Positions 54,481 to 64,000 of a stretch of 64,000 nucleotides of DNA are shown in pieces (positions within the stretch are counted from its first letter, which is position 1; every line of letters begins with the position of its first letter). Below the pieces are notes generated by a model. That model was given only the letters and a program-made list of their open reading frames with translations, had not been told where the DNA came from and ran no database searches. The translations under genes and the position numbers were made by a program. This DNA is from Daphnia carinata (taxonomy: Eukaryota): assembly GCF_022539665.2 (NCBI RefSeq), contig NC_081334.1, positions 1,240,001 to 1,304,000 on the forward strand, read 5' to 3'.

Positions 54481-57400
54481 ATTTCTCTCTTTTCTTGTAC
54501 GGGCTCGCTTGTACGAAGTGGAAGGGCAAAGCCGCGGCCGGAGAGTCTGGTCGGGCACATTCAAAAAAATAAAATAAAATAAAATAAATAAATAAAACTA
54601 AAGAAACGAAACCCCGAAGGAAGAACGCAGAGAGAGGAAACAAAAAGAAAGAAAAAAAAACACGGCGGTTATAAGAGGATAAAAAAAGAAAAACGAAGAG
54701 AAGAAAAAGAAAAAAGAAAAAAAAAAAAGAAAGGGCCGAGCCATTCATCATCGAATTAAGGATGATTCATTCAACAACCTCGAAAGTTATCGTCGTAAAA
54801 GAAACTCTCAGAACAAAAAAAAAAAAGAAAGTAAACAGATAGAAATGAAAAAAATCTTAAAAAAAAAAAAAAAAAAAAATACAAATCCCAAACGCCAGTC
54901 AGCCGAGTCCAAAAAAAAAAAAAAAAATCCCAAGTTCCGCTTCGGAATGAATTGAATTAAAAAAAAAAAACTAAAAGAAGAAGAAGAAGAAGAAGAAGAA
55001 GAAAAGAAAAACGATTGTGTGTGTGTGTTGCCTTATTCACTTGACTTGGACGAGCCGATGATGTATCTCTTCTCTTTTGCTTCGTCTCCTTATGTTCTTA
55101 TGTCGGCTTTGGCATTCGGGCTTTTATTTTTTTGGCCGATGTAATAACGTAAGAAGAAAAAAAAAAAAAGAAACGGGAAAAAAAGATAAATAGATTTATA
55201 TAGTTGTGAACGGCAGATGTGGCTTGTCTTAAGTTCTCGCTTACTCCCCCCCCCTCTCTTTTTGGCTTCTGGCTTTCGCTGACTCAACTTAGTTACATGA
55301 CGATATTTTTCCCTTTTCATTTTTCTTTTTCTTCCTGTCTTTTCTCTTCCACCATTTTTTTTTTTTCTTCTTCTTTCTAACCTCTCCTTCTTTTTTTTTT
55401 TTTTTTTTTTTTTTTTCGTTGGGTGCCTCCGACACGCAACGGACAAATTGCTGTGTCGGTGAATCGCTTTGATCGCCGACCTGGAACGGAACCTTTTCAT
55501 CATCAGCGCCTCTTCTGTTTCATAAGCCCCCTCCATTTCTTTCTTTTTTTTTTTTTCTCTCTCTCTCTCTCTTTTATCTTCCCATCGTACTCCTCTTTCC
55601 CTCCATTTCATCGTTGCTTTTCTTCACTCTCCCCCCCCCCCCTTCTTTTTTTTTTTTTTTTAAATCGCTCACGACCGTCCAGTTTCCCATTTTTCCAGCC
55701 CGAAAAATGAACGAATATATCAACCCATCGAGTTGGGACAAGTTCTAATTTAAAAAAAAAAAAGAAAAGAAAAGGCATTTTTCGAGAGTTGAAACGATTC
55801 AATTTTCGAAGACGCACGTTGAAATTGCATTGAAAACAAAACAAAACAAAAACATTGGGGCAGCGTTAAAGGCCAGTTTATCAATTTGATGACGAGGGAA
55901 GGAAGAAGAAGACGATGGTCCAGAAAGAGCCCCGACAAGGTCGTGGGGCCTGGTCGGCGGTTTGTGTTTCGGTGCGAAGTCGAGAAAAAAAAAAAAAAAA
56001 AATAAAAAAAAATATCAATCAACTCGTAGCCGCAGACTTGACGCTGTTTGCTTGTTTGTCTTGCGACCCCGACCGCTGCCCCCATGCCGCCCTCTTTTTT
56101 TTTTTTTTTTTTCAAACATCTACCGACCGTTTGTTCCGAGATCTCAGATATGATTTTTTTGTGTGTGTTGTCTCTCTCTCTCTCTCTCCTGAGTCTCGTG
56201 CTTTGCTCCCTCTACATTTCCTGCGGCGCAATCCAAACGTTAGAGAGATGCACACACGTTGGGTATTTTTTTTTTTTAACAAGAAGAGAAAGGACACCAA
56301 ACATGGGCGAGGGGCATTCGTCTTGTAGCCAAGAAGCGAGTCTATCAAGTGATTTCTTGGCGGCGTAGTTGGCAGGCGCGTGCGCTCCAGCGTGCCGAAC
56401 TCTTATTTTCCCCTGTCTGCACGGCACCTTCAATTACAGAACGCAAAGGAGAACGGATAGACACGCGCACGAAGCAAAAAAAAAAAAAAAAAAAAAAAAT
56501 GTATGCAAAACACGCCCGCGAGCTACTTTGGCGGACGAGTCATCGAGCCTCTCTATAAAAAAAAAACAAAAAAAAACAACAACAAACTTTGAAGGCTGGC
56601 ATTTTTTTTTCTTCTTCTTCTAAACCTCCCGTCTAAAAGGAAATGTTTTCTTTCGTCTTCTTCTTTTTTTTTTTTTTTTTATTATTATGATGAAAAGAAA
56701 TAAGAAAAAAAAAAAAAAAATCCCACGTCGGACGTCTCGCCTTGTTGAATTTTTTTTTTTTTTCTTTAGAAAATTTGAAATTCGAGTTAAAAAAAAAAAA
56801 AAAAAAAAAAGAAGAGGAGGAGGTGAAGAAGGAAGGCCTCTAACATAAGAGAGTCTCTCTCTCTCTCTCTCTCTTGTTTCCTTCTTTTTCTTTTTTGTAT
56901 GTACGTGTGTGTGAGTGTGTGTGTGTGTGTGTGTGCGTGTCTATTTCTTCTTTGATAATAATAGAGCGGCGTCTGGGCCTTTGATGGTGTGTTGTGTGGC
57001 TGGTTGCGCGACGACTATCGCTAACGTTAGCAGCAGCGTAGAGTATAGACCCCGCAGTTGTTGAAGCGAGGCGAAAAAAAAATATGAAATAGAGCCCGGC
57101 AAAAGGCTGCCCTATCAAAAGCAAAGACGGCCAATGTGTCATCCGTCTCTCACTTTCCCGTCCGTCCGCAAACGGCCGATTTCAAAGGAAAATTGCGAGT
57201 TGTACGTTGATTTTCATTTCGTTGTTTTTTTTAAAAAAAAAAAAAAGATCTTCTTCTTCTTGTTCGTATCGTTGTACGTGTGTGTGTAACTCTTCTAAAG
57301 CTCTTGCCGTTCGTTTTACCTGTCGTTGGTGGGGCAACTGTCGGAGAGATAAAGCATCCACCTCCGTAACATATTGCTTTCGCCTTATTTTCATCACTAT

Positions 57401-60400
57401 TGTCTTCTTCTTTGTCTTTCTTGGCTTTTTTTTTTTTTCTCTTTCTTTGCCTTCCATCCAATGCTTTTAGTGAATAATGCCGACACGACACCGACACGAC
57501 CTCTTTCGCTATACATCCATGTTGTATATATATATACTATATATATATATATATAGACACATGGATGTATTTATACCGTATGTTTTGGTTACATTATGAT
57601 CCCCGTTCGTTCGTTCCTCCCTTGTTTTTTTTTTTCCTTTTCCACATGGGGCTCAAACAAGAGACACCGTCTAAGACACACACACACACACAAAAAAAAA
57701 GGCCTACACTCATTTTTACGACATCCCCCCCCCCCCCCCACCGTGTGTGTGTGCCGATGACAACAACACACAAAAAAAAATGCACAACCCTTTTCGACGA
57801 TTTATTTGACTCGCCTTTTTTTTTTTTTTTTTGCTCTTGTGATGTAATAAAAAAAAATATGTCGTCGGAAAAAAAAAAAAAAAGGATTTTGTAAGAGGAC
57901 CTATGGAAATCGTATGCCGACATTGTCAAACCGTGGGGCCCCCGCACAAAATCAAAAAAGCAGAGCGAAAAAAAAAAAAAAATGATGGAAAAGTATAAGG
58001 CACCCATAAAGATGCGCACCAATGTCTTACGCGTCCCACATATCGGTGAATATCAAAGAGAAAAAAAAATGAGATAGAATAAGCCAGAGGAATACAGTGT
58101 TACGTGCACGAACGCCCGATGTCATAATGGCCTTTTTTTTTCAGTCTCTTTCCTTAATGGCAATGAATGAGAAACACAAAAAAAACAAGCGTCTCTCTCT
58201 CTCTCTCTTTTTTTTATTTGTTTTTCTTCCGCTTGGGAAACGACCAGGAAGTAGGGTGGGAATAAATGAGCGAGTAACTGACTCATAACGACGCCGACCG
58301 ACGACGTAACCCACCCCTATGCCGCTTTTATTTTATTTTATTTGATTTTTTTGGCTGAGAAAAGCCGCCAACCACCAAGAGGAAGAAAAAAAAAAGCAAA
58401 AAAACCTCAAGCCCAACTATTACCGCCGCTACAAACACACACACACAAACACACACACAACGACCGCAGAAGACAATCCATTACCCGGTCGTAAATCAAC
58501 GCCGCCGCCGCCGCCGACACCCGCCCGACGATGCCGATTCGTCGTTTGGAGCCGCCCTCAACACTTGCCGACAAAAGAGCTCGAGACTTGAAAAAAAAAA
58601 AAAAAGCGAGGACGTACAAGAAGAAGAAGAACAGGAGAAGTGAAATAAAAGGCAGTGGAACACACACACACACACAAGTAAGGGGAAAGAGAGAGAGAGA
58701 AGGAAAGAATTGCTGCGGTTGCTTCGTTCATTGACACGTCCCGGACGCCGCTGTTGAACGCAATTTGCTTTCAATTTGGACGGCGTCGAGTCGCGACGCT
58801 CCCTTTTTTTTTTTTTTTTTTTGTTCCCTATACACGTCGGCGAATCTTTAAAAATAAAAGGGCGGCTGATGTGCGTTCACATCGTCGGCTCCAACTCATT
58901 TTCCAATGTATAACCAATACGAAAACGAGCCCATCGGAATCAATTGGCCATAAAAAAAAAAGAGTGAAACAATAGAGTTGACCAGCCCATCCAATGAATT
59001 GCAAGCCGTGAAAGACGAACAGAAAAAAAAAAAAAAATGGGATAGAAGCGGCGGGTGTATGAAAGTCACACAACCCAATACCGGCGTTAGTGTGATGGCA
59101 AGGAGCGATATGGAAACCTCTTTTCTTCTGTTTTTTGTGTGTGTGTGTGTTGAATTTTTTTTTTTTTTTTTTATGTATTCCTCCTCTTCTGTTTTTTTTT
59201 TTCTCTCCCCCCCCCTTTTTTTTTGTTCTCTCTGTACGTTGAGCCATATTCCCCCCTGTCCAATTGCTTTCCGTCATCCGCTTCTGCTGTAGCTCATTTA
59301 CCTGCTGCGCGGCTGAGAGTGTTAGAGAGTCGGATAAGGAGAACAGAGAGAAATGGAAGAGAAAAAAAGAAGAAGAAAGAAAGGCCCATGGAGCACCTGG
59401 CAAATTGCGTCGTTAAACCGAGGAGTTAATCACCGCGGCGCACACACTCTCACACAATGGAGAGGGCTTATACACAACAGCACACACACATACACGCGAA
59501 GAGTGAAAAGCACTGGTGCTGCCTCCAACGTTCATTCCCAATAGGAATGAACGCCGCCAAAGTAACATCCGATTTTATTTTATTTTTTTTTCAATTCCCT
59601 TCAATAGCAGAGTTCCCTTCCATTGGGCAAAAGTTGGAAGGCTAATACCCGAAAAATAGCGAGAAAAAAGAAGCCAAAGACGAAAGAGGGTAGGACCTTG
59701 AGTATTTGCCCCAAACGAGTCCCGCCGCTGCGGCCGCGCAAAACTTGGACTACCTTTAGACATGCGTCAAGTGCGTGTGTGCATTCGCTATTGCGTGTAA
59801 TTTGTGTCTACGTTGTTTAAAAAAAAAAAGAAAAGAAAATAGGACTACACATTTCAAATCAATGAAGTACTCGGCAATCCGAAGCTAAGAACGGTGGGAC
59901 TTTTTCCCCCGAGTCACGATCAATACGTCCGTTGGGCCGACGTTCTTTTGATTTGCAATCGATAAATAATGGCTACGCGTAGTCAAAAAAAAAAAGAAAA
60001 AAAAAAGAACGATCATATCGATCTACTCAACGGTTGGACTTGGAGCAATAACAAACACGGGGATCAACCGCGATTGCTCACGTCTGCTTTCAACATTTTT
60101 CAAAGATAAACAGTTTATATTCGAGTGGAACGCGGCTATGTGTGTAACGTTTGTTAAAAGAACATTACGAGTTGTATAGTTAGTAGTAGGTATTGACACA
60201 CTGGGCTTTCTTACCTTGTCGGTTGTGTTTTGTTTTGTTTTTGTTTTTCCTGAAGAATGTCGATTGGAATGAAGGCGTGATACGGGCGCGTGAGTGAACA
60301 ACACAAACCGAGTTGATTTTGTTTGGTTTTTTTTTTCCAAATAAATAGAAAAAAAAAGGAGGAAGGGGGGGGGGGAATGCGTGGAGGACGATTTTATGTT

Positions 60401-63400
60401 TTCCAGGAATTCAATCGGATGTTGTTAGATGGAAATCTTCAAGAACACATTTTCCGTGACGGCTTGTTGTTGTTGTTGTTGTCGGATGGCCAACGAACTA
60501 TGGAGGGTGGAGGATTCACAATGTTGCAAACATAACGATGTTACAAAACCCTCTTGTAAATCGTGTACGGCCGATGAACATAAAAAATGTGTCTAAATAT
60601 TCAAATGAGCGGGCGCCAAGATCGGACGTGGAACTTTTTTTTTTTTTTTTTCAGAGCAGGAGCCGAATTGAAAAACTGATCGGTCGGATTAAGAAACAGA
60701 AAAGTAGCAGCAAACTTGTTGTTGTACTGGAAATAAGTTGAAGAGAAAAAAAATACGACGCGTGTGCACAGGAGCGCTGCTCAGCGCAGACTGACCGCGC
60801 TCGGTTCGGTTGACATTCAGTTAACTTCCCTCTCTCTCTCTCAACTCTCTTTGGCCTCCCGTTGGCCTCTCTTGAGCTCTTTTTTTTTCTTTTTCTTTTT
60901 TTTTTTTTGCCGGCTCTACCCAAGAGAGGGCTGCATCTTAGCCGCAACAGCCCTGCGCGGCGATGTAGAGAGCGAGCGAAAGAACATGGAAAAGAAAAAA
61001 AAAAAATTCTAATAAAAAAAGAAAAAAAAAAAATAGGGGAAAAAAAAGAAGAAAAGGAATGAAAAAGAAGAAGAAGTAAAAAAAAAAAAAAAAAAAACTC
61101 CACCCACCTTGGACTAGAAGCAGCAACAACAACCAGCGCGGCGGTACAGCAGGTACTCCATCTCCCCTCTCTTCATTTTTTTTTTTTTTTTTTTGAAATA
61201 TATTTTATTTCATTTTCAAATTTCCTGGTCAGTGATGGGGGTAGCCTTTATTTCTCTCTCTTTCTCTGTGTGTGTGTGTGTGTGTGTGTGTGTTAGAATC
61301 CTTGCTTGAGCCTATAGCTATTTTATTTTGTATTTCCTGGAACGTGTATATATTTGTTGTAATAGCCGGCGTACGTACGCATGTAATGCAGCCGCCAAAG
61401 AAGCGCGTAACAACCGTCACGCTATCGGCATCATGTGGGGTAAACCCATACAATGCGATATAAACATTTCGTGTGCGTTATAAGCCCCCAACCATTCGGC
61501 CCCGTACAATGCATAAACACGGCCATAACAGGACACACTATACGCTTTTTTTTTTTCAATGAATCATCGCCGACTGTGCGCGCTAAGCGACCCAATCGTT
61601 CTACGCCGTGCGCATTTGCTTATTCAATCAAGTACCAGCTATACTATAATTCGCAATCATCTTTTATTTATTTTTTTTTTTTTACACACCCCCTTTTCTT
61701 CAATTTATTTCAATCAAAATTGAACCAAGGACATTTGTATATACCTTTTATATGAATAGCTCCTACACGTACAGTGCGTTCACTTTGACTATATAATGAC
61801 CTGTTTATTTCTTTTCTTGTTTTCTTTCGCCTTCCAAGTCCAATGTCTGTCCTTCTAAAAAAAAAAAAAAAAAAAAGAGCCAACATCGATAGAAACGATT
61901 TGAACTTGCCGCCCAATGTCGGCCTTCCCAATCTTTTCTCTTTGACCGACGGAGCGCGGTCACGGCTTGTTTGCTTCTGCTCCACATATTGATTGGACAC
62001 GGGGTGGCAAGGCAGCACTGAACGTGCACTCTACACCCATTGTGAGCACAAAATGCATTAAGTACCTCCTGAACAGACAGGGAACAGGAAAAGAAAAAAA
62101 AAAAGGGAAAATCAATTAATGAAACGTAGGTTTTCCCACGATGTCAAAGGTCGTGTGGGTCTTTACTGATCGCACCGGAGAACCGAGGGGGCTTCTTAAT
62201 TTTTTTTTTTTTTTCGAATGCAGTTTGTATGTATGTACGTATCGACGGATGCGGTTGCAAATGAAGCAAACGGATTTTGCGGATGAGCTTTTTTTTTTTT
62301 TCTTTCAGAGTTTGATGAGCTTCGGCTTTTTTTGGAATAAAGGGGAAAATTGTGTGGACACACACACATCTCGATTGGACAGATAAAGGGGGTAGACAAA
62401 CGTAGGAAACGGATGAAGAATGAAGGAAGGGAGGGTTAGAGACTAGGCAATTGGGAGGAACCACAGAAGATGATGATGATGATGAAGAAAAAAAAAAAAA
62501 GAAGAAGAGATGGATATATAGAAAAGAAAGAGAGGGAGAGACCTGCCGGATGATGAACAACTGATTAAAGAGATGCCGCCCTTAATGATCGATTATAGTG
62601 CGCTGATGGGCCGAGGGGATCTTTCCCCAGTGGAGGAGGAAAAAAGAAACAACTGCTCGAGAGTAAAAAGAAAAAAAAAGAATAAAGATGATGAAGGTAA
62701 GTAGAAAACCAATTCTTACTTTTTACAGGTGGAGTGGGGGGGGGGGGGTGCAGCAGAGAAGATGTGGTCTCTATGCGCACCGTGCGCCGCCATTGTTTCT
62801 AAAGGACGAATCAAACAAAAGAAAACAACACACAAAAATTGAGTAGAAAAGAACATAATCATGGTAATAAAAGATCAACACAACACACACAATGTTATTC
62901 CCAACGAAAACTCAAAAAGAATTTCGAAAGCAAACAAAACATTGGAAACGAGGGAAGAAGAGCCGAGAAAAATGTAGGCCTTTTTTTTTTTCTTTTTTTT
63001 TTTTGAGTGCTGCGTCAACGTAACACGGAAACCAATCAATACTGCCAGATTGCACCGTATCGTGCTCGTCATATCTTTTTTCTTTTTTTTTTTTTTTTCT
63101 GAAATTGAACCCTGCCTCGGTTGTTTGACGTCGTGTAAAGCAAGTCACCTACCACCCAAAAGCAAAAAACTGGCCCGTTCAAGTGGCGGCGGAGTCCGAT
63201 ACAAGATCAAAAGGAAAAAAAAAAAAAAAAAAAAAAACTGGGAGGGAGGGGGGGGAGGGTTGTGAAAACAAAAAATAAAAAAATCGCTGTGCGTGACAAT
63301 GGAGAATGCAACTAATATAACAAGCCTCCAATCAATGGGCGGCATGTATTTTATAGCTCCACTGGGCTATGGGCCCAACAAACAAACGTCGGTTGTTTTT

Positions 63401-64000
63401 TTTGTTTTTTTTTTTTTGCCCGGCTTTGATGCTTTTATCGTTTCAAGAAAAAACAAAAAAAAAAAAAACAGAAAGAAAAACTGGCCGCATCTTATATGGA
63501 TTTTGGGGAACTCTGATGCTATTATAGCTGATACACTTAGTGCTTTGCGTCAATCAACAAATCACGCGACTAGGTAAATGCTTTTTTAAAAGCCTCCATT
63601 TTTAAACCTTCTAAAAAAAAAAAAAAAAAAAAAAAGCTGCAAATCTTATGAATTTTTCCTCTTTCGTTTTTCTTGTTTTGTGTTTTTTTTTTTTTAATGA
63701 GCAAAAATTTTTCATAGGCAGGGAGATGGATGGATGGGCTCGCGCCCAATCAGCAATCTGCCAAAACTGCGTGACATTGTGCGCGTGTTGCGATGTTTCT
63801 TCGCCCAACGCAAAATCTTGTTTGACGGTCGCTATCCAAAAGGGAATGAGAAACTCTCTCACTATACTCTTATTGTATATAGCCGCCGATGTTCTTTTGT
63901 TTGTTTTTTTTTCACGTGCGTGTGCGCGCGCTTGTTGTATAAACCTTTTCAAAGCTAAACATTCATAGAGCACGTAGTGAGAAAAGAAAATAAAGAAGGA

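Larger units (their letters stand above)
51696..63888. promoter_or_regulatory. Putative Wnt/TCF-responsive cis-regulatory region upstream of Notum
   Basis: TCF HMG-type sites at 51696-51704 (GATCAAAGG), 55466-55474 (GCTTTGATC), 56950-56957, 56978-56986 (CCTTTGATG), 58052-58058, 63205-63213 and 63423-63431. Helper-type GCCGCCR (either strand) at 54352, 56358, 58364, 58501, 59553, 61391, 62786, 63184 and 63882. Confidence 0.45.

Noticed and set aside
51245..64000. Dozens of 60-190 aa ORFs rich in F/K/C-V/H-T
   Set aside because: They are translations of poly-A/T and dinucleotide tracts that lack stops, with no domain motifs or coherent exon chains.

Overview
This is eukaryotic, intron-rich DNA. 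The many 60-100 nt GT-AG introns and the arthropod gene set suggest a crustacean such as Daphnia (inference). I reconstructed six spliced protein-coding genes by hand, each with consistent intron phases: (1) a CAPA/PRXamide-type neuropeptide GPCR (-); (2) a small single-Ig-domain membrane protein (+); (3) an uncharacterised ~715-aa single-pass membrane protein with a long disordered tail (+); (4) an SLC13/Indy dicarboxylate/citrate transporter (-); (5) a highly divergent ~343-aa rhodopsin-like 7TM receptor (+); (6) the Wnt deacylase Notum (-). A composite repeat region at 36.4-39.3 kb contains ~355-bp tandem units, 333-bp units that are each a ~260-bp foldback, and a Helitron-like 5' edge. A 53-bp minisatellite lies at 53.2 kb, and the sequence becomes strongly homopolymer/microsatellite-rich after ~43-46 kb. 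The best novelty candidate is gene 5. All three of its introns match the CAPA receptor 34 kb away in position and phase, yet it has an in-exon deletion of the ERY motif and lacks CWxP and NPxxY while keeping an intact ORF, so it may be an atypical/decoy or accessory receptor. The 13 kb upstream of Notum carries many TCF HMG and Helper (GCCGCCR) motifs, consistent with Wnt-feedback enhancers. Most entries in the ORF track are spurious. No database searches were run.
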